NCBI GenBank assembly: GCA_002811645.1
Contig: PDIP01000087.1
Coordinates: 62,001 to 126,000 of the forward strand
Source: Corallochytrium limacisporum Hawaii
Lineage: Eukaryota; Protista; Pluriformea
Direction: 5' to 3'
DNA: 64,000 nt
The notes beneath the pieces are model-generated. The model was given only the letters and a program-made list of their open reading frames with translations, was not told the DNA's origin and did not search any database. Each line of letters begins with the position of its first letter. The stretch's first letter is position 1. Positions 41,866 through 51,877 of this stretch are shown piece after piece. The position numbers were made by a program, and so were the translations under genes.

Positions 41866-43152
41866 ATGATAGAAACGACAGCTACAAATGCAGTACAGGG
41901 CTCAGTTAAAGCTATGGCCGATAGAAAAACAGAAGAAGAATGGTATCATATTGGCACCGCCCGTCTCCGAGAACTTCGAGAGCAACTGATTCGTAAGTCA
42001 GTCACGGATCGGTCTCAGCATGTGCGTGACCAGCAAGCAAGAATCGGAATATCTACCGAGCCGAACGCTTCACTAGACGATGCAAAGGCGATCAAATTGC
42101 TCGAGATAAAGGCATCTCAGATTATTCAAGGCCGACCATTTACCACTGCCTGTCTGGGGTCGGGGGGAGATCTCTCTGAGGTGCTTTTTGTTGGTACGCG
42201 AGCCGGCAAAATCCACGCCCACAGGGCATCAGAGTGTGTAGGGTTTGCCAATTCTACCGATGCCCATGACTCAGTACCTGTCCATGGCCTTTCTGTGATG
42301 TCATCTGTCGGAAACAGTAGCGGAAAGCTAGTCAGCACAGGCGCCGACGGCTATGCTAGAATATGGGCCATTAAGGCTAGCGCTGATGGGAAAACACATT
42401 GCCTTGAGCGGGTTTGGCAGAGTATTGACCATGGCACCCGGGTCAACCGCTGCTCTGTGAATCATTCGCTGCCTAGTTTGCTGGCCACAGCGTGCCATGA
42501 CCACAGCTGGCGTTTGTTCGATGTGGAACGGTCCGAAGAGGTTCTGCATCAGGAAGGGCACAGCGCTCCAGTCTACAATGTAACCTTTGCACAGAGCCAT
42601 CCGGCCCTGCTGGCCAGTGCCGGGTTTGACGGCTTCCCGAGGCTGTGGGACTTGAGGTCTGGGCATTGTGTGTGGGTATTGGGACAGCGAACGACCAACA
42701 CTGTTGACCCCCACGCACACACGGACATGGTTCTGGGCCTCTCAATCTCACCGGGATTGACCTTCGTTGCCACGGGCGGAGCGGACAACACAGCAAAACT
42801 CTGGGACGTCAGGCAGCAACGGCATTTCCAGACCATAGCACTGCACACGGGAATGGTAACCGACTGCCGCTTCGCTGACCTTGCCGGCACAGGAGAATCA
42901 CACGTTCCACAACGGGGTCGGTTCCTCGTCACAAGCAGCCATGACGGCAGCACTGCAATTGTGAGTGTGCCCGAAGTCAAGCCGATCGCACATCTGCGCA
43001 GTCCGAACGATCGCCCAGTTCTTTTCGCTGGTGATCTGAGCAGGCCCGCGGAAACACAGTCATCATCGCCCTATCCACGATTAGTCACAGTCGATCAGGA
43101 CTCAACGTACCGTTTGTGGGAAGGAAAGATGAGTTCTTACAAGTCAGAATGA
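41866..43152 (+). CDS. PRPF4: U4/U6 snRNP WD40 protein Prp4-like
   Basis: WYHIG...L, LATACHDHSWRLFD, EEVLHQEGHS, RLWDLRSG.C and ATGGADNT.KLWD.R. Confidence 0.8.
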   Translation: MIETTATNAVQGSVKAMADRKTEEEWYHIGTARLRELREQLIRKSVTDRSQHVRDQQARIGISTEPNASLDDAKAIKLLEIKASQIIQGRPFTTACLGSGGDLSEVLFVGTRAGKIHAHRASECVGFANSTDAHDSVPVHGLSVMSSVGNSSGKLVSTGADGYARIWAIKASADGKTHCLERVWQSIDHGTRVNRCSVNHSLPSLLATACHDHSWRLFDVERSEEVLHQEGHSAPVYNVTFAQSHPALLASAGFDGFPRLWDLRSGHCVWVLGQRTTNTVDPHAHTDMVLGLSISPGLTFVATGGADNTAKLWDVRQQRHFQTIALHTGMVTDCRFADLAGTGESHVPQRGRFLVTSSHDGSTAIVSVPEVKPIAHLRSPNDRPVLFAGDLSRPAETQSSSPYPRLVTVDQDSTYRLWEGKMSSYKSE

Positions 43153-45877
43153 CACGTTCATGCTAGCAAATAAATTAGAATGTGCAGAAAGTCACATGTC
43201 AATGTAGAAGGTATTGCGTGAATGAAGGCTGCTATAACACGTACGGTGGGAGAGGACGATGGCGACTGGGGAAGGAATGATCGCTACCGAACGAAAACAA
43301 GACCCTTCCCCAATCCCCGCGAGTATAAATTCCATCTCGATTTAATCCCCCTCCATTGGCATGTTCAATCCCAAAACCATTCTGCGTTAACAAGGCCACG
43401 GGCACCGCAGTCGGCGGTTCCATGTGCGCGCCAGATCCTAAAATCCCGAGAGACACGCTGAGGCGAGATGGCGAGATGTACGTACATGCATTCGCCGTCC
43501 TTTTTTCCTTTTTTCTCTTTCGGTTCTTACTAACTTTGGATTCCCTACCGAAGCGGCCTGCCTGCCAGCTGGCGATGCCGCTTGAGTTCATGTCCCATGC
43601 GTGTTTTTGTTTTTTTTCTTGCCGGTGGTGGAGTCCCCCCCCCGGGGGGGGGTTGGGAAGGGAGGGGTGGTAACCAACGAAGAGAAAGCACCGGGGGGAG
43701 GGGGAGGGTTTTGTCTGCAGGATCACACGCCCACGGTTGGGCTCGTGGACGAGACTGGTCGGTCGGGTCCCGGGTGGTAGTTTTACTGCCGAGGGAGAGA
43801 GCCAAAAGGGAAAAGAAAAAAAAGGGGGGGGGACCGCGGGGAAGGGCGACGGAGAAACCAAGCGCCGTCTTTTGAGTCGAAAGTCAAGAAAAGTACCGAA
43901 TGTTCACCATAGAAAAAAAGCAGAAGAAACGAAAGAATGCAGAACTCAAGAAAGAAAAAGGGAAATGAACGCCGGGAGCGGGCAGGAGGGGGGGGGTGGG
44001 AGTGTGTGTGTTGTGTGTGTACATTTTCTTTTTGTTTCTGTCGGGTCAAAGGGGGTCTGACCCGACGAACTCTGTCTGGCCTCGTGCCCGGATTGGATGT
44101 GCTCTGTGTGTATGGGTCGCTCACTCTCTCCCCCCCCCCCAAGTGAATTATTTCCAATTGCATATTCCCAGTACTGGCTATACTGAAATTAAGGACATCA
44201 TTCAAACTCTTTTGTTTTTTTTTCTTGGTATGTGTAGCCCCGTATTCACCTTTCGTAAAATTTCTTCAGGTTTTCTTATATTGCGATCGAAGATTGGGAG
44301 GGCAGTGAGCACGCGGTTCTGGCCCTGCCGCAGGCCCACCCGCCAACCCGGGGGAATGATAAAGAATTTAGGCACGTACATTTACTATTGAACTCCTGTG
44401 AAACAAGAGATACCTCTTGAGGCAATGGGGGACGTAGATACTGAAAAAAAATTCTCACAGGCCATGCAAGAAACCCGTGCAGGCAGTAGCTTTTTCGTGC
44501 AAGTCTCCGAAGGGAGCAGTCTTAGAAAAATTTTGCTGACGGTAAGATCCGTACTGAATGTATGGGAAAAATGAAGGTGGCTGCAACAGCAAACAGAAGC
44601 CGCGGTCTGTCTCGTGATACGCGAACCGGGCTGCTGATCGCCAGTGGTGTTCGTCATTTGCCCGGGATCCATAACTTTGGTTGCTGGGTCATGGGGCGCG
44701 GCTTGAGGTGTTCTGCCTTTGCGCCCTTTCTCTGACCAAACGGGCTTACCCGGACGTTGATGTATGCTCCGTTTGTGGATTACCGGTAGAGGTAATCTCC
44801 GGTGATTACTGCAACGAATGAGCATGCTCATAATCCGAAAACAGCAAGGGCACACGCTATGGCATGCTGCCATCTTTCCTCCTTCCGGTATAGTGATTTC
44901 TCTGCCCCCGTGCCTTCCGTGTCTTTTTGCGATAGTAACGAAGCAAGTGTTCACCGGTTTCTGTATGGTTGTTCCGCATCACCGTTCTCATACCATTTTC
45001 ACAGCCTGCGTATCGCTGACATTCTGGAGATGTCGATGATGATGCCTGGATAGGTGCATGGGATTTGCATGAAACTCACACATACTCACATCTTGGTTTG
45101 AGTGGGACACCAGTCACCAACACTGCTGCCAATTCTTCACCATTAATCTTCAATCATCGTTCAAATGGGCACACCACACAGTCCCACCAACACAAGTGTG
45201 GTTCCGTCGATGCACTTGCTGTCGCTGCCGTGCGTGTTTGCGTCTGCTCAGCTTGGGCGACACCCCGTTGCTGTCCTGTGTGTGTGTGTTCGCAGGGTTT
45301 CGGTCGCCGGGTACAAGACTGTCCAAACTCTTCCGTGTCGATAAAAAATTCTAGCGGGATTGTCCTGGTGTAATTTAGTTTTTGGGAAATGCCGTGGAGA
45401 GGGTAAGTCAACAGGAGGACACGGTGGGGGTGTTAGAGGGAGGGGGAAAAGGCGAAGAAATAATCTGGTGGGGAGCGCGATCGGTAGGGGTTTATCGTGG
45501 GTGGGTTCCTTCTGGTTTCCGGCAGGAAGTTGGTAATAATGGTCCTGCGGAGAAGTTGGACCGATTGCTCGCCTCTTATGGACAGGATGGATAGAGATGA
45601 ATGATGTCAATAACAGTCTCGTGCTTGCATGAGAAGATGGAACGTCTGCTCCGCAACAACCGTGCGCCCTTAGTGTGTAGGTATTAAGAGCATATCATGG
45701 TTCCCAATCTGGAGGGATCGCGTTGATCTCCCGTTCGATGAAGTTTATGTTCGAAAGAATTAAACGACGACATGTACTGCAACATACCCACGCATACAAA
45801 GTTATAGCCAAGGGAAGAATTAAAGCGACTGAAAGACAAACAGAACGAAACAGACCTCTACAAGAAGAATAGCAACA

Positions 45878-46918
45878 ATGTTGATGGCAAAGACAACTGC
45901 ATCCACTCTTATCCGCAGCAGCGGATTGCCCTCTCGTTTCATGGTCCTGCGCTCTGTGGCAGCACCGGGCATGATCCGCATGCGCTCCACCGCAGCAGCA
46001 GCTTCTTTGAATACCGATGCTGAAGAGCCGGTAGAAGTCGCTCCTACGACCTACCGTGCCGGACAGTATACCATCTCCGTCCCGGCGGATGCCCACTTCC
46101 GCAGAACCGGCACCAGCAACCCGGTAACCCACAAGAAGTTCATGGAAACGGATTCTAACCAGGATCAGGCACTGGCGGCCATCAATGGCGACAAATACAA
46201 GATCGCAGGCGGCCCCGAATTCCAGCAGGAGCATGTCTGGTCCCCCACGGAGCTCCATGGCGTTGAGATCACGCATAAGGACACCAAGGACTTCACTGAC
46301 CAGATCGCCTTCAGTGCTGTTGAGATGGTACGCTCTGGCTTTGACTGGGCCAGTGGCTACACTGATGCCAAACTGAGTGTCAACCAGTGGCTGACACGCA
46401 TTATCTTCCTGGAGACCACTGCTGCTGTCCCAGGCATGGTGGCGGGAGCTTTGCGCCACTTCCAGAGCTTGCGGCGCATGGAGCGTGAAGGTGGATACCT
46501 GCACACGTTCCTGGAGGAGGCAGAAAATGAGCGTATGCATTTGATGACTGCTCTGGCAATGAAGCGACCGGGAGCTTTCTTCAAATTGGCGGTCCTCGGT
46601 GCTCAAGGTATTTTCACAAATATGTTTGCCCTAGCCTATTTCACTTCGCCCCGGTTCTGCCATCGTTTTGTGGGCTACCTTGAAGAGGAAGCCGTCAAGA
46701 CATACACGCGTCTTTTGGGAGAGCTGGATGAGCCTCACTTGGAGGAGTGGGCCACTCAACCCGCGCCTCAAATCGCTGTGGACTACTGGAGGCTCAATGA
46801 CGACGCAACGGTCAAGGATGTGATCTTGGCCATTCGTGCTGATGAGGCCCACCATCGGGTGCATAACCACACTTTCTCGGATATGCTGAAATTGGGTCTG
46901 CCCGCGGAGAAGATCTAA
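45878..46918 (+). CDS. AOX: Mitochondrial alternative oxidase
   Basis: LET.AAVPGMV, EEAENERMHLMT, HRFVGYLEEEAV, AVDYW and IRADEAHHR, plus a presequence. Confidence 0.97.
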   Translation: MLMAKTTASTLIRSSGLPSRFMVLRSVAAPGMIRMRSTAAAASLNTDAEEPVEVAPTTYRAGQYTISVPADAHFRRTGTSNPVTHKKFMETDSNQDQALAAINGDKYKIAGGPEFQQEHVWSPTELHGVEITHKDTKDFTDQIAFSAVEMVRSGFDWASGYTDAKLSVNQWLTRIIFLETTAAVPGMVAGALRHFQSLRRMEREGGYLHTFLEEAENERMHLMTALAMKRPGAFFKLAVLGAQGIFTNMFALAYFTSPRFCHRFVGYLEEEAVKTYTRLLGELDEPHLEEWATQPAPQIAVDYWRLNDDATVKDVILAIRADEAHHRVHNHTFSDMLKLGLPAEKI

Positions 46919-47932
46919 GTTGCCAAGGGCATTGCATGAACATCTCAATGCATGAAAATCACTCAATGTGCATGCGTAACTCCAACCCAAAAGACTAACC
47001 CAGAAACACACAAGCCGGGGAGCAAGTCCAATTGATTTCCCCTACAAAACTTTGTATACAAACAGTAGCTATCGCATATTTTCAATGTAATTTCGATTCA
47101 CTTGCTGCTTTTTTCGCGTGTGATTTCAGCCCTTCTCGGGTATATTACATATACCAAGACACTGCGTCTTCAGTCCCTGTGTTTGATTGGATTTTTTAAT
47201 ACTAAAAGTATTGCGTAGCAGTCAATCAGAGACTGCCCTAAACAAACAAAACAAAGGTGCTTTGGGGAAGGGGGTAAGAGGAAGAGAAGGGAGGGGGGGG
47301 AGAATGCGCACCGGGTACTGACGGAGCAAAGTGTACGGCACAAAGCACACACACTCCTTTCGTGTGGCCCTCCCCCCTTGTCTACCGATATCGCGTGCAG
47401 TAGTATGGTTGGTTCAGCTGAGCGGGGAATACAGCTTTCTGATTCCACGATACAAGGACCGGCCTGTGAGCAATTGGGGCGATCATTCGTATGTAGCTGA
47501 TGTGGAATGCTCTGACAACGCTGCGTTTACCTTGAGTGAAATTCTCTTTTCTACTATTTCAAAGTCATACCACAGACTCAGAGACTGTAGCAATTTCGGA
47601 ACAGCAGCAAATCCATAACTTGAATGGCTGAGTGGTAGTTGTTTGCGTGTGGCCAGTGTGGGTTCGGTTTCGTGTACTCTCAGGAAAAGCACACGGCGAA
47701 GCCACCAAGATAGACAAGGCCTTGAAGGGAACATCTAGTCCAATAGAACAGAGAAAGGAACCAAAAGAACGTTTAGTGGGAGGTCATTTGTTTTGTTCCC
47801 TCCGTAGTCAATGTGGAATTGTGTTTAGAGTCCCAGGGGATCCAACAGAAAGACCACACGTTTTAACGAAGGACTTGAAGTAAGAAGTCCGAAATATTAT
47901 TTTAGCTCAAATCAAGATAAAGACAAACCAGA

Positions 47933-48307
47933 ATGTCGGGCCGTATCAATCCTCGTCACACTTTTGGACCGGAACACGTCCGTCGGGTTCAGCGGCTGTA
48001 CCGCCACAGCCTGAAGAATATCCTTAACTGGACTGTTATTCGCCAAGATTGGCGTGATGAGGCCCTGAAACTGCGGGATCGCTTCGACGCCAACATGTAC
48101 ATCTACGACTACGATAAGGTACAGAAACTAGTCGAGGAAGGTGAAGCTGAATTGGAAAGCAAACGGCATCCTGAGCCTTACGTTCGTCCTTGGGATGACA
48201 AGGGCACCAAGTTTGAACGCAACATCCCTCCACCCGCTCATATCTGCGAAATGACCCCCGAGGAGGAGGCCTGGTACAATATGCGTCACCTGGAGAGCAA
48301 GAAGTGA
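47933..48307 (+). CDS. NDUFB9: NADH dehydrogenase 1 beta subcomplex subunit 9 (LYR family, B22)
   Basis: RLYR.SLK...W, R.RFDAN, E.EL....HPEPY and GTKFERN.PPP. Confidence 0.9.
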   Translation: MSGRINPRHTFGPEHVRRVQRLYRHSLKNILNWTVIRQDWRDEALKLRDRFDANMYIYDYDKVQKLVEEGEAELESKRHPEPYVRPWDDKGTKFERNIPPPAHICEMTPEEEAWYNMRHLESKK

Positions 48308-48539
48308 AAGTGAAAATCGAATAATGCTATATCTTGATCCTGACTAGACCGATATCAGGTCGTGTTTTTTGCATGCAATGGACAAAAGTCACCCTTTTGT
48401 CAAAATGGCCATTAAACGAAACACAAAGGTAAGAATTTCACATGAAACCATCCTCTCTGTCATTTGTTTGATGACGACTATATTGGTGTGCTATTCTAGT
48501 TTATTTGCTCTTGCAATTTGTGACGGCGTTCTCCACTTG

Positions 48540-50942
48540 TCACAGCCTTTTCAGCGCGGGCAGTCCCAGAAGCTCGAGTCCCTGCCGCAATAGACTCACG
48601 GTCAGTCCAAAAACAACGTAGTGCGCATACGCTTCATTGGGAGCGGCATTAATCAACGACGGACCAGACTGAACGCACCGATTTGACGCTTTAGCTAGCG
48701 CCAGCAGCGACGTTACGAAGACCACAGGCTCGCGCTTTGCAACAGACTCTCGAAGGGCGGCGTCGTGACGGCTAATCGTCTCGAGCAACCGTTGGGCGGA
48801 GTCGTTGATAAGCAGAGCGCAATCGCACGCGGACAGCATCTCACTAGTGATCGCAGGCGCGTATGGGTCGCCAGGGTGGTTGATCGGTGGGATTACTGAC
48901 GTCGATATGGGCTCTGCCTCCTCCTGATCCAGAGCCCCATCATCGATTCTGAGCAGGTCGCGGTCCCCGTGTCGATCCCGCACCCGTTGCATGACACTGC
49001 ATAGTCGTGAGTGTGTGTACTGCAAGTAGGCTCCACAGTCTTCCCCTGTAAGCTTTAGGACTGTTCCCCAGTCAAAATCGTAACCACGAATCCGCTGCTT
49101 CTTGAAGTCATGCACGACAATGCTAGACAGGGCAAGAGCGAGTGCCGTCTGCTGAGGATCGGTTACCAGGGCGTACCGCTCCGGATTCTGTTGCATGAGC
49201 TCATGACACCGGTCCTCTGCCTCAGACAGAATATCCCGGAGCAGTACGGATGTGCCTTTGCGCGTGGACATGCCACGGACCTGGCCAACGTGCACGCACT
49301 CCAGTGAAGCGGCGACGTCTGGGCGCTCGAGGGCCTGGAGCAGGGCGCGGAGTTGACGAAAGTGCAGCTCCTGCTCACGCCCGACCACATAAAGCAGTGT
49401 GACGTCATCGGGCTTGAGTTCGGGATGATGGGACAGGGCGAGGTCGAAGCGCCGTTCTGCGTCCGCGACGTCACGCGCAATGTACACCGGTGTGCCATTG
49501 CCTCTGGCGAGTAGGGCTGGGGGCAGGTCACTGCTGTTGTTTTTCATTTCTGCTCCATCTAGCTCTTTACCATTCTTGGTCTCCTTCATGTTTTCGGTTT
49601 GTATCTTATTTTTCTGATCCTGTCGGGACTGCTGATCACTGCGCACCAATCCTTGATCGACTCTCTTCTGTCTCTGCCCTGCATTGAAGTGCACAACAGC
49701 GGCACCGTTTTCTTCCTCAGTGACTCTGCCCAGGGCCCGGAGACGCGTGATCGCGCGGTAAGCGTCTGGTTGGGCGTCACTCTCCGAAGCGATCTCGTCA
49801 AAGTGGACACCCAGAATCGCGTAAATATCCCGGTATTCATCTAGGCTCTGGTGGCGGTGTTGGGCCCACTGCAACATTAGGTCATGGTCCCTGGCCTCTA
49901 GTTTCTGCGTCATGCGCTCCACCAGGGTGGCGAACTCGGTGTCCTGTTCTGCAAGCCGCGTGCTATCAACGTAAATGCTGACTAAATCACGCAGTGTGAG
50001 CTTGAGCATTGTGTGACGAGACAGGTTTCTCCGGTGCAGTCCTGCACAGAGCACTCCATATTGTCTACCCCAGTCCCCCATGTAGTTCATGGCATGGACG
50101 GTAATGTGATGATGGCGGTGGTGCTTTTGTCGGTGCTCATGTTGATGATGAGGGAGAGCGCGATGTGGGCGCAGATGGTGATGTTCTAGCGGTATTGACG
50201 ATGCTGGCTTAGCATGTTGTTGGACAGCAGCGCCATGGTCGGAAGAGTCAATAAAGTGATCGTCCTCCGGCCCGAGATCACGCAATTTCTTCAGTCCGCG
50301 CACGAGAAAGGCACCGAGCAGGGTTGATCGCAGGTGCCCGGCGTGAAACGGCTTAGCGATGTTCGGGCTCGAATACTCGACAATGTAATGGTGGCGCTGT
50401 TTCTTGTCGACGGGATCATTGTGATGGCCCTTCTTCTGCTGTTGTGGATCACCCACAGTGGTGGATGAATGAGACAGCACAGACTGCTGTAGTCCACACA
50501 TCACCTGTCCTTGGGGCTGCTGCATAAAATATTTAAGCACCCATTCAGCAAATGTTGCCCGCTTGATCTGAAGGTTTAGGATTGGACCCTGGGCAGATAC
50601 GGATTCGATAACTTTTCTTGCACTGTCAGCCATTGGTGTTCTTGAGTCTGAATCTGTCTCCCACACTTTACAAAGCTGCGTTGAAATGGCCAATCCAAGC
50701 GATTTGACGTCCTTCGCTGGAATCTCGGCGTCGAGGCGGCGAACAATCCCGGCGAGCATTGGCGACCTGAGTGTCACGATTCCAGCATGGGCCGCATTGT
50801 TTGGGCGGGTCAGGCATTCCTGTACCATCCTTTCTGTTGCCATTGGCGTTGTTCTATACTTTAACGTTGACTCCAGGATCTGTTGCACCGGTGCCGCCAG
50901 TACTCTTGCCACGTGGCGGCGTAGGAAGTGTTCTGCTGTCAT
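48540..50942 (-). CDS. RARS2: Arginyl-tRNA synthetase, probably mitochondrial (RARS2/MSR1-like), with insertions
   Basis: VEYSSPNIAKPFHAGHLRST, NYMGDWG.QYG, YVVG..Q..HF, GMSTRKG, G.YLQYTHSRL.S and GLELLG. Confidence 0.88.
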   Translation of the reverse strand: MTAEHFLRRHVARVLAAPVQQILESTLKYRTTPMATERMVQECLTRPNNAAHAGIVTLRSPMLAGIVRRLDAEIPAKDVKSLGLAISTQLCKVWETDSDSRTPMADSARKVIESVSAQGPILNLQIKRATFAEWVLKYFMQQPQGQVMCGLQQSVLSHSSTTVGDPQQQKKGHHNDPVDKKQRHHYIVEYSSPNIAKPFHAGHLRSTLLGAFLVRGLKKLRDLGPEDDHFIDSSDHGAAVQQHAKPASSIPLEHHHLRPHRALPHHQHEHRQKHHRHHHITVHAMNYMGDWGRQYGVLCAGLHRRNLSRHTMLKLTLRDLVSIYVDSTRLAEQDTEFATLVERMTQKLEARDHDLMLQWAQHRHQSLDEYRDIYAILGVHFDEIASESDAQPDAYRAITRLRALGRVTEEENGAAVVHFNAGQRQKRVDQGLVRSDQQSRQDQKNKIQTENMKETKNGKELDGAEMKNNSSDLPPALLARGNGTPVYIARDVADAERRFDLALSHHPELKPDDVTLLYVVGREQELHFRQLRALLQALERPDVAASLECVHVGQVRGMSTRKGTSVLLRDILSEAEDRCHELMQQNPERYALVTDPQQTALALALSSIVVHDFKKQRIRGYDFDWGTVLKLTGEDCGAYLQYTHSRLCSVMQRVRDRHGDRDLLRIDDGALDQEEAEPISTSVIPPINHPGDPYAPAITSEMLSACDCALLINDSAQRLLETISRHDAALRESVAKREPVVFVTSLLALAKASNRCVQSGPSLINAAPNEAYAHYVVFGLTVSLLRQGLELLGLPALKRL

Positions 50943-51877
50943 CGGAGTTGAGGATTTCCGAAAACCTACCGTTGTTTCATGTCATGATGTCCAACACATG
51001 ATGATTTGTGATGATACAAAAAAGTCCGTGATTTAGTTGACCAGTGGTAATCATGTCCGAGCACACGCTCGTTCGATCAGTTCAGTCCCTGCGCTCGCGT
51101 TCCGAACTTAGTGCATGCGAGGCACTCATATGACCGTCAGTAGGTATCATGTACATCAACACAATAATCTAACGCTTACATACCCGACAGAAAATTGGGT
51201 TTACGGATAATCACATTCATGACATGACCAAAATGCCTGCAACCAATTACATCGCGAACGCACAGAGAGAGAGTGCGTGTGCATCCGGCGAAGCTCACAG
51301 TCTACCCCGCTCCCTTTCTTCCAGGTAGTCCGTACATCAGAGTACGGTCCGGCCCCGCAGAAGGGGGGGCGGAGGGTGGGTGGGATCCTGAGACCCCAGG
51401 GAGAGAGAGAGCGTGTTCGGACGTGGCGGTCGGGGCATGAAGAACGTTGACACGAAGGTGCGCCACCCTTTTATTGTTTTCTTTTGGTCTTTTTTGTCGA
51501 ACTGGGATCATACCCAACGCTGAGTAGATTTTTTGCAACCCCCTTTCGGGGGGGGGGCCTTTCGCCCTTTGCCTTGGTTTTCGCTTCTTCCTGCCGCTGG
51601 CACAGCTTTGTGATATTCTTACTCGGGCACCAAGGGACGCGATCTGATCTCTGTGATGCAGGTGTTGCTCCACCCAGCACTCTCTTCGATTCTTACCAGC
51701 TGGTGATCACTGAGAAAAGGTACTTGTAATTATTGGAACCGCTGGTCAATTTGATCTATCAATTGGACGGCTATTCTTCGTCACATTGTGTAGGCCCTAT
51801 GCACTTGTGCTGCCGGTACGGAGTAGTCGGATCCAAACATTTCCCCCATACACACCGATAGAGAAACACAAACAAGA

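Noticed and set aside
45695-46606. 303-aa ORF antisense to AOX, and similar antisense ORFs over NOP58, the WIPI3-like gene and GFM2
   Set aside because: Shadow frames of real genes caused by codon bias.
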